A stretch of DNA of 62,426 nt, the filler included, from Sluysia triapertura (lineage: Eukaryota): NCBI GenBank assembly GCA_046118255.1. It is 5 parts of 5 records of this genome, joined end to end, with 100 filler letters (N's around TTAATTAATTAA, not from the genome) between each part and the next. Parts side by side here need not be neighbours in the genome. Positions count along the whole stretch, not along the records: positions 38,700 to 50,225 come from JBJNIA010183712.1; 4 more parts are not named here. One strand, written 5' to 3'. Of this stretch, positions 38,777 through 50,222 are shown one piece after another. Positions within the stretch are counted from its first letter, which is position 1. Every line of letters begins with the position of its first letter. Both the position numbers and the translations under genes were made by a program. The notes beneath the pieces are model-generated. The model made no database searches. It was not told the origin of the DNA and saw only the letters and a program-made list of their open reading frames with translations.

Positions 38777-41486
38777 CAAATTATTTGATACTTTAATTGA
38801 CTAATTCCTTTATTCGTTGTTTTAAATTTTCTACTGCTTTACAAAATAAATTAATTTTGAACTTGTAAAATTTTTTATGGAATTTCTTGTTGCTTTGCTA
38901 AACATACTTGATTTACAATCTCTATATTTTTTAAAAATACGTTTGATTAAAATTTACCTCGTTTCTATTTTTACTGCGCCTAATTTCATATACATTTGTA
39001 GAAAATGCCAAGGTACAACATAATTTTATTTATATTCGAGAGTTTTTTGGTATTTTGGTAGACAATTAAATTCATTTAACTTATGACGCAATAAAATGAA
39101 ATTATCAAATCAAAATTTAATTGATTACCTAATTTAATAATGACAGTATTAGTATTTAGTAAATTTAAAAATAAATTATTTAATTTATCTATATTGCACA
39201 TCCATTCGAAGCCAATGTGTGGTAATGGTTAACAATGTAATATTAACAACTTTCGCACAATGTTTGTCGTCAAAGGTTATTCCACCTCTTACACAAGTTT
39301 AATAAGAAACTAAACACATCGGAATCAGTTAAATCCAGTATAATAATCTTTGGATTTAATTCTGACTTTATTTATGGAAGTGTTTTTAGCCAAGAAATGT
39401 CTAATTTTAAGCACGCCATTGCATAGTTCTTGCTATATTATATTATTAATTCTTGTTATATTATAAGCCGTGTTATAATTGCAATTATTTCTACCAATAT
39501 TCTATTTTGGCGTTAATACTTTAATATATTCTAGTGCACAGGATATCCATAGCTATGTGATATGGAAAATACCGTTGGATTTATCAACACTATTGGAATA
39601 TACATCATTATGATAATCTAGTCAAATTTAGGTAAAGTACTTGGTAAAAGTTTTTAAGAATCGATAAATTTAACAGCGAAATTTTGAAGTTTAATATTAT
39701 ACGAAAAGAGTTCCTGGAAGTTCCAAACAAATGTATAAATGCGGAAATTTGGTTTACAAATGTAATATAAAACAACCATAATAACAAATTATATGATCAA
39801 GCAACAATATGAAATAATAAGGCCAAATTTGAAGTGGACATTGTAACAAATACTAAAATACCAAAACAAAATAATATTACTATAATTAAAGCAGAACAAC
39901 ACAAGTAAAGAATAAATAAATAAATGTCATAATGCAAAACAAAAAATACTATATAACAATGCAAGTTGAAATTCAATTTGTTAATTGAAAGTATACTTTG
40001 CGAAGTGCAATCGAAGAAGATATATTAATTTGACATAAACTAAACATATCTGTTATATTTAGTTTATTTAATTAGTTATATTTAATATATTTAGTTTAGA
40101 ATCCTTTCAAGTCTGTATATATTGTTAAAGTACAAATAAACGAATAAAATAATAACAATTATTATTATGTTATACTATATAGCATTACATTATATTAAAT
40201 TAAATATAGGTTGATTCCTTATAAAACATTTATAATTTTGTTAATAGAACTTAATTTTAGTAAATGTTTATTACGACAATTCTCCACGTAAAAAGCAATA
40301 AATATTGCGTTTTAGCCCAAAAAATTTAAAGTTGAAGAAACAGAAACTTCAACTGATAAACTAATCTTGCAATTATCAATTAACACTAGTAAAAGTTCAA
40401 TATTCGTAACCACTAAAAGAATTTTGAACTGTTATTAATAAAAAACAATATTAAATAATGAACTAATTTTAATATAATGTTAATAAACAAAGGGTGTCGC
40501 AACCAAAGAAATACAAATTAAGTTTCCGATAAAAATGAAAAGAAGATTCTCCGAAATTATTTAATCATACAAATTAGAAGGAAGATAAATAACAACAACA
40601 AAATAGTAGTGAGTCTTCCCAAAAAAGGTTAATTTAATTTTAGTAATAAAATGATTAAAATAACAAAAATGAAGATTTTAATTAATTAATTAAATTTCAG
40701 ACTTAATTTTTAGGTTTTATTAAGGTATTTAAAATTGTTGGATTCTTTATGAGTTACTCATGTTTTCTAGATGTTTTCACTTTCACCAATATGATTCTGT
40801 TTTCTACACCATTATGTTAATTATTATTAATTATTAAATTTGTTTTTATTATTAAATTTATCTTTAATGTAAGTAACAATAATTTAACTTCTCAAATATT
40901 TTGAAAATTTCAAATACTTTATAAGGTTACTTGAAGGTCTCAAATGCTTATCAATGTTTCAGACATTCTTAAAGGTTGATGAAGTCCTAAATAGTCTCAA
41001 AGTTCTCAAGTTCAATGGTACTTTAACCGGTATCAAGCTTCATCAAGGGTATCAACATCTTATAAAGATTTTGGGAACTTCAAGGTATTCTTCAATTCTC
41101 AAAATGGTCATAGATGTTTTCATGTTCGTCAATCACACTCCAATTATATTTCATTATGCTTTATCATTTTTATTAATTATTTCTACATCTTTCAATTCCA
41201 CATCTTTATTCATCTCCCATTTGGCTGCTGGGCAATCCAAATGTATCTCATTCTCGAGGAAAAGGTCTGACATCATACATCCTAATTAATAAAAAATAAA
41301 ATGACCACTACACGATAAAAATTCAGATACCATCAATCCAAGAACTTACTGTTACATGCAGAAATTGAAATGAATAATAAATCAACAATCAAGTTTAGCT
41401 CGTCCTCCCAAAAGATATTCTAACACGCCTTTCCTTAAAGAATTACTTTGGTTATTGATAAAATCATTGATTCCAAAATTATAACT

Positions 41487-41580
41487 TTAGACTTCAAAAA
41501 ATGAACTGACCGGTAATCCAACCCGGAACCTCTCGCTTCACAGCTGTAGTTCGATGCTCTGACCACTGAGCTATCAAACA
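41487..41580 (-). mobile_element. tRNA-derived SINE / tRNA pseudogene (copy 1)
   Basis: A box TAGCTCAGTGGTCAGAGC, degenerate B box GGTTGGATTACC, and a non-tRNA tail (TGAAGTCTAA) shared with 46734-46818. Confidence 0.75.
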
Positions 41581-41944
41581 ATTTTAGATTATTATAGTCA
41601 ATTATACTATCATTATTCTAAATGGAACTTTAGGCCTTTAACACAACATAATAATCATTTATAGAACTTATATTATGTCTCTTGGAGATAAACAAAAATT
41701 TGGAAACAAAAATGAATGCCAGAAAAACAAGAATTTGAACAAAATTAGCTGCGTGACAGGTTATGTACCGTTTGTTTCAAAAAACATATAAATTACGGAA
41801 ATATTATATATTTAAGAAAAAGGCAATGCTTTTTCTGAATCAGAAATATTATACTGAATGATTTATTTTAAGTACTGATTTTCTATTAAGTATTATAGGT
41901 CGGTTTTTAATTGTTCCAATTATTATTGTTACTACTTTGACATT

Positions 41945-42345
41945 TATTTCTCTGAATATCTTTCCTTAGATTTATCCATGTGTACTTTACTTGTATCATC
42001 ATCATCATCATTTTTGAGTATAGTTGCAAGACATTGCCCTTTGCTTCGATTAGCATCCTTTCAGTATATCTACTAAAGAGACTTTTTTAAGATATGTTTT
42101 TGTTTTCAATTTGTCTTCATTTGAACTAGTACATTTCTAGCTAGCGCTGCTGATTCTGCTTCTTTACTGGCTAGCAATCGATCGTCTTGTTTCATTTGGT
42201 AAGGATAATTATCCTTATGAGATACATAAATTGAATAAATTACAGTTCCATTTCCACCTTTTTTTTCATGCACCTGTGGGTGTATCTAAATCCACATTTA
42301 TTGTTTTCACTAATGTTTCCATTATAACAAACTTCTACCTGTGAG
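41945..42345 (-). pseudogene. Decayed coding-like fragment, unidentified
   Basis: METLVKTINVDLDTPTGA*...NYPYQMKQDDRLLASKEAESAALARNVLVQMK; GC is above background and several stops are present. Confidence 0.35.
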
Positions 42346-42944
42346 GTAACTGGTACTTGGTGTAGTGGTCAACCCCATAAGTTAAGATTGAAAATAACCT
42401 CATTAAAATAATTTCAATCACAATCATACTCTGTAACTATAATCACCACACAATTCACCACATAAAACAACAATACACAATCATAACACTTTACTAACTT
42501 ACATTCACCAACGAAATAATCTCTATCTCAAACATTCACAACTCAATAAACCACTACTTTCACTCCAAATAATTCATAACATCCATTCATCAAACACTTC
42601 ATCAAACAAGTCAGAACCATAACACAAATTTCACAAATCACAAATACAATAACATTCAAATGTTCTTATTAACTATTTCAGAAACAAAGATCATCTCACC
42701 TAAAACAATAATCAACAATAACATTCCAAATCCACTTCACATAACCATACCCATCATCTGCAATCATTTTAATAACATCATAATATATACAAATTGTTCC
42801 GCAATTAACAATTAGAGTCAAAATAACCTCAATTTCCTTCTTAACAGCATTTTAATCTTTATACACTTCCAAAACAAAAGTCAGATAACTTCAAAGACTT
42901 TGTTATCTAACCGTGAAGTTGATATTCCTTAGTTTTCACTCCAT

Positions 42945-43008
42945 ATATGTAAGAAAAACAAGACATATCAGAAAGATCGTGTAATTAATAGAATTGAAGA
43001 TCTTTATG
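42945..43008. promoter_or_regulatory. Conserved upstream box of chimeric family (copy 3)
   Basis: Reverse complement CATAAAGATCTT...TTACACGATCTTTCT. Confidence 0.6.
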
Positions 43009-43148
43009 TATTACATTTCACTTAATAACAATAATAACAACAATAATTCATCACTTCTGGTACTGTTGTTGTTATTATTGCTATTTTAATTGTTATTATT
43101 ATTCTAATTATTACAAATTCTATATTATTATATACCTTAATCTTACCA

Positions 43149-43149
<1 letters not shown>

Positions 43150-43206
<57 letters not shown>
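43150..43206. repeat. (ATT)n microsatellite within a degenerate trinucleotide tract (43020-43250)
   Basis: Perfect run flanked by imperfect triplets. Confidence 0.95.
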
Positions 43207-43208
<2 letters not shown>

Positions 43209-43317
43209 TTAGCATTACTATTATTATTACATCATATTAATAATTATTCATCAAACAAATTAAATTCTTATTACATAATCTAAACAAAGCACCACAACAC
43301 AAGTGTGATTTACATCA

Positions 43318-43367
43318 CCCAATCAGATAATCTCTGCATCGTCACGGCAATAACGAATCTGATTGGG
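43318..43367. promoter_or_regulatory. Inverted CCAAT pair (CCAATCAG-N32-CTGATTGG)
   Basis: CCCAATCAGA...TCTGATTGGG about 300 nt upstream of the ATG at 43661. Confidence 0.7.
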
Positions 43368-43660
43368 CAGAGAGAATTCATTACAACTAATGACACATTT
43401 CTTTGTATTCGAATACAATTACTCAGACAATAATTATTCATAAAAATAGTATCAAGAAAATGAACACACAAAACAGACTAGAATAATCAGCAGCCAATTA
43501 ATTGCACACAATTCGTAATAAATCAATTCAGCCATTGTTAAAAAGTACACTATTAATCACTCAATTTTAAAAATCAAATTCTTATTCAGCCATAATTATT
43601 TTTAAAAACAGACAGGTGATAAAAATTAGACAGACATAGATTAAAAAAGACAATTAAAAA

Positions 43661-45280
43661 ATGAATTCAGAACATAGAAAAGACTTCCTATTATCGTGTT
43701 ATCAAGACATTACTAAAAGCTTGAACAATGTTTACGAAGACAAGTTGTCTATACGTAAAAAAGAGATAACTTCCATGTCTTCACCAAATTTATTTACAGA
43801 ATTTTATTCTCAATTGGCACAAATTAAAGTTTATCATAAACGTAATCCCGATGGAAATAAATCATTATCGTTATTAGAGTCATTGTCATTATTAGAATAC
43901 GATAATTTTAATAATATACGCGAAAACGTTGAAGGAGCTGGTGCACTAGTTTTTGAGTCTACTGATGAAGAGAATCATATTCGATTTTTAGATTTACGCG
44001 AATTTAATCAACTAAGTGTTGATCGGAAAGTATCACACTTTGACTGTGTTATGTACTTGCTTAAACTTAATAAGCTCTATGAGATTCCTAAAGACAAGAA
44101 GAATGTTTTACGCTATTATTATTTATTAAAGTTGACAGAACATCCAGATGATTGTATTGCTCGTTCTAAACATACGATAAAATTAGTAAATGCCGATTAT
44201 GTTATTAGTGAAGAATTAGATGATGCTGCCGATGATGTTGTTAGTGGAGAATTAGATGATGCTGCCGATGATATTATTAGTGAAGAATTAGATGATGCTG
44301 CCGATGACGTCGTTAGTGAAGAATTAGATGATACTGCCGATGATGTTGTTAGTGAAGAATTAGACGATGTTACCGATGATGCTGTTAAAGAAGAATTGGA
44401 TTCATACCAATCACCAAGTGTTTACCGAATCTTAGATAAAGTCGCTGATGATGTTCCCGATGATGTTGTCAAAGATAACCATGATGCATTAGACCAGTTG
44501 CTACTCTACATCCTTTCAAGCAGAAACAAATGTACTCGGACAGTATTTCTCATGTCTGCCTCCAATTCGATAAAGATACAGCGTAACGATATGTTTAACA
44601 TTTTTAAATACAACACGTCTGGAGACTTTGAAGGTAATAAATTAATGCTGAATTTTAACTTATATTTTGTTCACAATTATAATTTTTATATTAATTATTG
44701 TAGAATCTGCAATTCATCATGTAACGAAGATGGACCCATAAACGAAGAAACACTGTATATCATCAAATCATTAACTGTGTGTATAAACTTAAATAAAATT
44801 AAAATTTTAATAAATTCTTTTGTTAACAGTCTTAGATTTAATTTTAGTTATAATATGACAAATTACGACAAATTCAATAACAAAGAAAAGTGCAATTATA
44901 TTAAACCCAGTTATATCACAACCGGGATAGACTATAAAATAAACAATGATCAAACTCGTAAAGGTGTTAACTCATATAAAAAGGAAAATTCTTATAAGAT
45001 CACTCTAGAGGTTAAACATAGCTTTAATATAGGAAGTCTTGAATATGATATTTGCAAAGTTGTAGTAAATTGTACACAACACAAGACATATCTTAAATAC
45101 GATGACATAGTTATTTCAGATAATCTTACGTGCCGCAAGGTTACAAATAGCTTAATTCTATTACAATCAAAGATTAAAATACCCAAATCATTTAACTTTA
45201 ATCATATTAATTTACAACCATGTACTCACAAGCCCTCCATAATTTGGTTAATTAACATTAAATTAATCGAACATTTCTAA
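43661..45280 (+). CDS. SF3A3: Intact chimeric protein (539 aa): SF3A3/Prp9 fragment + acidic 12-aa repeats + lineage-specific tail
   Basis: MNSEHR...YEDKLSIRKKEITSMSSPNLFTEFYSQLAQIKVYHKRNP...TDEENHIRFLDL...LYEIPKDKKN resembles SF3A3 INSDHR...YDDKDGLRKEELNAISGPNEFAEFYNRLKQIKEFHRKHP...TDEEGYGRYLDL...LFDIPKERKN. Homology covers only about the first 175 aa, so this is a derived copy rather than the ortholog. Confidence 0.85.
   Translation: MNSEHRKDFLLSCYQDITKSLNNVYEDKLSIRKKEITSMSSPNLFTEFYSQLAQIKVYHKRNPDGNKSLSLLESLSLLEYDNFNNIRENVEGAGALVFESTDEENHIRFLDLREFNQLSVDRKVSHFDCVMYLLKLNKLYEIPKDKKNVLRYYYLLKLTEHPDDCIARSKHTIKLVNADYVISEELDDAADDVVSGELDDAADDIISEELDDAADDVVSEELDDTADDVVSEELDDVTDDAVKEELDSYQSPSVYRILDKVADDVPDDVVKDNHDALDQLLLYILSSRNKCTRTVFLMSASNSIKIQRNDMFNIFKYNTSGDFEGNKLMLNFNLYFVHNYNFYINYCRICNSSCNEDGPINEETLYIIKSLTVCINLNKIKILINSFVNSLRFNFSYNMTNYDKFNNKEKCNYIKPSYITTGIDYKINNDQTRKGVNSYKKENSYKITLEVKHSFNIGSLEYDICKVVVNCTQHKTYLKYDDIVISDNLTCRKVTNSLILLQSKIKIPKSFNFNHINLQPCTHKPSIIWLINIKLIEHF
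44192..44407 (+). repeat. 36-bp coding tandem repeat x6 (ADDVVSEELDDA)
   Basis: GCCGATGATGTTGTTAGTGAAGAATTAGATGATGCT units. Confidence 0.95.
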
Positions 45281-46138
45281 AAACATTTTTAAATTAAATG
45301 TCGTTTCTTTCAATAAATTATATAGAATTTACCTTGTACCTTTTTCATCTTATTGATTGTATTAATAAACTTTCTTTACTGTTAAAAGAACATATCCATT
45401 TGAGTGTAGAAAGAAATTGTGAATGTAAATAAAAAATCAAAAACTCGTTGACAGTTTCATTTCTTACATCAGAGATGAGAAAATCTCTGATTTCCAAATA
45501 TAATCAATAAAGAAAAATTAAAAGTAGTAAAAATGTAAAAAATCAAAGTAGTTTTATAATTTTATCGAACTAGTTGAAATATTATAAAACAAACTACAGA
45601 TAAGTTATCATTACATTTACAATAATTCGTTACTTAACTTATGCAGATAAGTCACGAAATTGAATAATTTACATATGTATATCCTATTTTTTAACCATAA
45701 TAATTTTGGGTTATTATTATGGTGACGAGGAACGCAAGAGCATAACTCATAGTATAAAAATAAAATAAGGAATTAAGATGAAACAATAGGATGAATTGCG
45801 ATAACAAAATATTTAAATCAAAATAAAAGAATGAAAGATACGAAGAAAGAACCATTTATAATATTAAAGTACGTTTGTTAATTAATTTAAGCAAAAATTA
45901 ATTTGCTTAATTTGATAATTTAGTGAAAAATGTTTGCTCAATGCTAAATTTAATTAGTAACGTAAAATTCAGTTTAAGTATAATTATGATACCCATAATG
46001 TATACTCATTTAATATAATTAATTATATTCATGAGGATATCAACTTTAATATGTTATTGTAATCGACGTGCGACAAACGGTTGACGCATAAAAGATTTCT
46101 ATAGAAAATAAATTTGGTATTTGATTAGTTTTATGTAG

Positions 46139-46216
<78 letters not shown>
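46139..46216. repeat. (ATT)n microsatellite
   Basis: Perfect trinucleotide run. Confidence 0.95.
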
Positions 46217-46733
46217 GTGTTGTTGCTATATCGTATTATATTATTTTATATTAAATTATATATTGTTTTGTATTGCATTATATTATATTACTTACTGCAT
46301 GATCGATTTTTATGAAAATTGCGAACGAAAACTAATACATTATGGCAAATTTCAACTATATTGTTTAATATTTTTTTGAATTCGATTAATCACAGAATTC
46401 ACTTGTTATATTTTTAGGATTCTTTAAACTTCTATATTCTTATTTCAATTGTTTGGACATCAATTTGTTTATCCAATTTAATTTCTGTATTTAGATCTAT
46501 GAGTTAAATTTATTAGAGCATTATCTACATTAATACTTTCACTCGTTTCGTTATTCCATTTGTTTATAAAATTAAAAACAATTTTTGCTGTTTCACATTT
46601 AAAAAATTGACGTTTGACTTTATCTTAGTTTGGCCATCTTAGGCTAGTCGACTAAATAACGTTTTGTTGGGGTAAAAAGGTCTAAAGTGCCATTTGGTAA
46701 AATTGACTATAATACAATAAAAGTGTTAGACGA

Positions 46734-46818
46734 GGGTGATAGCTCATTGATAGAGCATCGAACTGCGCAATGAGAGTTTCGGATTCGATCCCCGGTCAGT
46801 CCATTTTATGAAGTCTAA
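46734..46818 (+). mobile_element. tRNA-derived SINE / tRNA pseudogene (copy 2)
   Basis: GGGTGATAGCTCATTGATAGAGCATCGAACTGC...GGATTCGATCCCCGGTCAGTCCA plus the shared tail; acceptor stem pairs poorly. Confidence 0.75.
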
Positions 46819-48478
46819 CAGCTTCATATGCACTGATTATTATTCTACTATGTGGTGGTTCAACTCAATTGTTTGAAATATTGTTTCACATAAATAATTA
46901 ACGACCACACCTAAGTCACTTAATATATTTAATATCAATATTTACAAGCTCTAAAATTATTTTAAAAATGAAATTTCTATAACGCAACTGCAAATTCTCT
47001 TAATTTTCTACCACTCCTTTTGTCACACTTACGTGTTCCCAACCTTCTCTCTTTTTGCTTTTCTAACTTATTTCTTTTACAGTCCCCTTACATGATCACA
47101 AGTTGTTCCATATCTTACACATAATTCTACATCTCTCTACACTAAACACGATTTCACGAATACTTTCCCTACGGATAATGATAATCCGTAGATTATTCAA
47201 ATAAAAAACGTGTATCAATCATTCAAGATCTCAATCACAGATTTTTGAGTAAAATTTTGAGTAAATTTTATTAATTTTAATTGTAAATTATTTTATAAAT
47301 TGTAAATTTTGGTATTAAATATTCCTTTATATTATTATTGCCTTATATTAAGTTTGCTTCTTGTTAATACACTTAATAAACTACGATGCCTATTTAGTGT
47401 AACTAAAATTCCAAGATAATATTTTGATTTTAAATTTAATTTTTGAGAAATATAAGTATTATATAAGTGTAAGTGTAAGTGTACACTTAAAAGATTTTAA
47501 AAGATTTAGTTATAATACATAATACATAAATAGTTATTTGCAAAAAAATTTTTATTTTTTATTTAACCATCATCTTTCTTAGTTTATACCTTATCATCAA
47601 ATAACTTCGCTTTTCAACCTCAAATAATTTTACCTGCTTTAAAAATTGAAACTAATTCAAATAGACTGATTATAAGTGAATAAATTTGTTGCATTTTCAA
47701 TAATAGTTTTGTACATTTTGACTTTGAATTACATTAATATTCCAATTTAATATTACAACTTCAAAAAATTAAATTAAGTTTGATCGTTATCTTTATTAAG
47801 ATTTGTTAATTTTTAAACAATTTCATTTACAATTTCTCAATTAGCATCACCCATTATATAATAAATTATGTAATCAATTTAAGATTAGTTTCATTTTTTG
47901 GATTATTTAAACAAAGTAAAAAAACTTTTCAAAAAATATATTTAACAAAACATTTAAAATATGCTTTTTTTACCTTTATTTTTAAAATTTTGCATTTTGA
48001 TCATCAGGACATATATCTTCGTGATAATATGAACAATTTCAATTGTATTTTATTTTTCTTTTACAATCCATTGATTTGGACATCTTATCATTTATTTAAA
48101 TTCAATTAATGGTTACGCATTGATTTGTGTTTATCTTTTAATAAGTGTATTTGACATTTTGATTCAATCATAAAATTAAAAAATTTAGGTTTAAATAAGC
48201 TCAATCACTAATATGAATAATAATATTTATGTGACTGTTAAATTTAACAATAAACAGTGAAATGTAGAATTATAATACATATTTCATATTTTAAGCACCG
48301 TCAAACAAAGTCACGTAAAACTTGCGAAATATGTATAATTAACTTGACTGTCACGGAATTGTATAAATTGACTTGAATATTTTTGAAAAAATGAAATAGA
48401 TTTAATATATTTACTACTTAATTTTCATTTGGTACTAAATATATTAACAAAGAATTGGCATGTAGAATACATTGAATT

Positions 48479-49859
48479 TCAATCAGATATACAATATCCA
48501 AAAATTTTTATCAGTGTTATGGGGTTGAGGTTAATGTTTATTTGTTGTGTGTGCATCACCAAGTTTATTTCGACAGGTGAACGTTTCATAATTTTGGGTA
48601 TATTAATAAGTCTGCCTACGCCGAGTATACTTTTAATGTTGATCGCGGTTGTCAGTTTGTAACTTAATGAGTTGATTCTACCTTTCTTGTTATATGTTTT
48701 GACTACGGCTTTGCTCATGTAAGTATTATGAATGATTTTGTCAAACCTTCGGCAATAGTTTGCTCTGGTAGACGTTTCCCTTACTTTAACATTATCGACT
48801 GTTGATTCATTAATTAGATTAATTTGTGAAGGTGAATTATTACAAACGAATGAATGTGGCGAAACATATATTAATCCTTTACATCTTAATAGAGAACAAA
48901 TTCTGTTTCTAAAATCATAAACGTTTACTGATTCCTTACATTTTGTAAAAAAAAGAATTCGAATTTCAAAATTGTGAACATTTATTAATTCTTTACATAT
49001 TAAAAAAAAACTATTTGTACTTTCGAAATTATGAACATTCATTGATGCTGTACATTTTATTAGGAAGCGAAAGCTAATTTTAAAGTTCCACTTCCGCTGA
49101 TTTTCGGTCTCCTTGAATCCCAGTTGACAGATTGGTGTTGATCTAAGATATAAATAGTAAAATATAATATGATCATCGTATATATTTATATAATCAAGGA
49201 TAAAATGATTACTTATTGCTAATTGGAATGCTTCGTCATATTTAGAGCTGGACTCGTGGTGGAAGATAGAATTGATTGCATCTCCGTGAAACAGCTTGGG
49301 CGGAACTTGAAATACTAAAATGAGTTCGTCGCCGTGCATCATCTTCGAACGAATCTCGGATGCTAAATCAAATTGTACATCGTTCGCTTGAGCAAAAACA
49401 TGACTGTACGCGTCGTACGCTAAATTGATTGGGTCGTCATGTATTGACTTGATTGGATCGTATTTAAATCGCTCATACTTTACATCATATTTACCGGCTT
49501 GAACAAAAACATGACCGTACGCGTCGTACGCTAAATTGATTGCCTCATCATGCATTAACTTGATTGAATCGTATTTAAATCGCTCATACTTTACATCATA
49601 TTTACCGGCTTGAACAAAAACATGACCGTACGCGTCGTACGCTANNNNNNNNNNNNNNNNNNNNNNNNNNNNNNNNNNNNNNNNNNNNNNNNNNNNNNNN
49701 NNNNNNNNNNNNNNNNNNNNNNNNNNNNNNNNNNNNNNNNNNNNAATTGATTGCCTCATCATGCATTAACTTGATTGTTTTCTTGGTTTCGCAATAGATG
49801 CTATTATTTATCTTTATTTTCCTTATCTGATTTTTTAGTTTGCTGTTCTTGATTGCCAA
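48479..49859 (-). CDS. Repeat-containing protein of the chimeric family, no recognisable captured domain
   Basis: Long open frame across the assembly gap, with 37-aa repeats, 19-aa NVHNFE repeats and a C-terminal region resembling the tail of the SF3A3 chimera. Start uncertain. Confidence 0.65.
49390..49776 (-). repeat. 111-bp coding tandem repeat (at least 3 copies, collapsed at 100-N gap 49645-49744)
   Basis: GTACGCGTCGTACGCTA recurs at 49406, 49517 and 49628. Confidence 0.95.
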
Positions 49860-49972
49860 ATTTCTTATTTTTAATCGTATAATGCTGAATTATTGAAAAA
49901 ACCGAATGATGATTGTCAAATTTCTTATTTTTAATCGTATAATGCCGAATTATTGAAAAACCGAGTGATGGT
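49852..49972. repeat. About 60-bp tandem duplication
   Basis: CAAATTTCTTATTTTTAATCGTATAATGCYGAATTATTGAAAAA occurs twice. Confidence 0.9.
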
Positions 49973-50174
49973 TGAATTGTTTTTTATTGTTTTACGAAAT
50001 GTCTGAAAATTCGTTCTTGAAACGCCTGCAACAATTATTTGTATTTTCTTTTTGTGTCTGCCAAAATAATTATTAATTTTTTAAAACAAAATGGCCGTCT
50101 AAATTTTATTTTTTGCTTGTCTACTTACTAATCTGTCTGATTAGTTAATTTGTGTTAGTTTGATTTTAGCACAA

Positions 50175-50222
50175 CCAATCAGCTTAGTTATCATTAAAAC
50201 GGCTAGTATTGATTCTGATTGG
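50175..50222. promoter_or_regulatory. Inverted CCAAT pair (CCAATCAG-N32-CTGATTGG)
   Basis: CCAATCAG at 50175-50182 and CTGATTGG at 50215-50222, upstream of the minus-strand ORF. Confidence 0.7.

Noticed and set aside
44192-44407. 36-bp repeats as a CRISPR array
   Set aside because: Head-to-tail, in-frame coding repeats without spacers, in a eukaryotic context.
46734-46803. Functional tRNA gene
   Set aside because: Poor acceptor and anticodon stems, and a non-tRNA tail shared with a diverged second copy.
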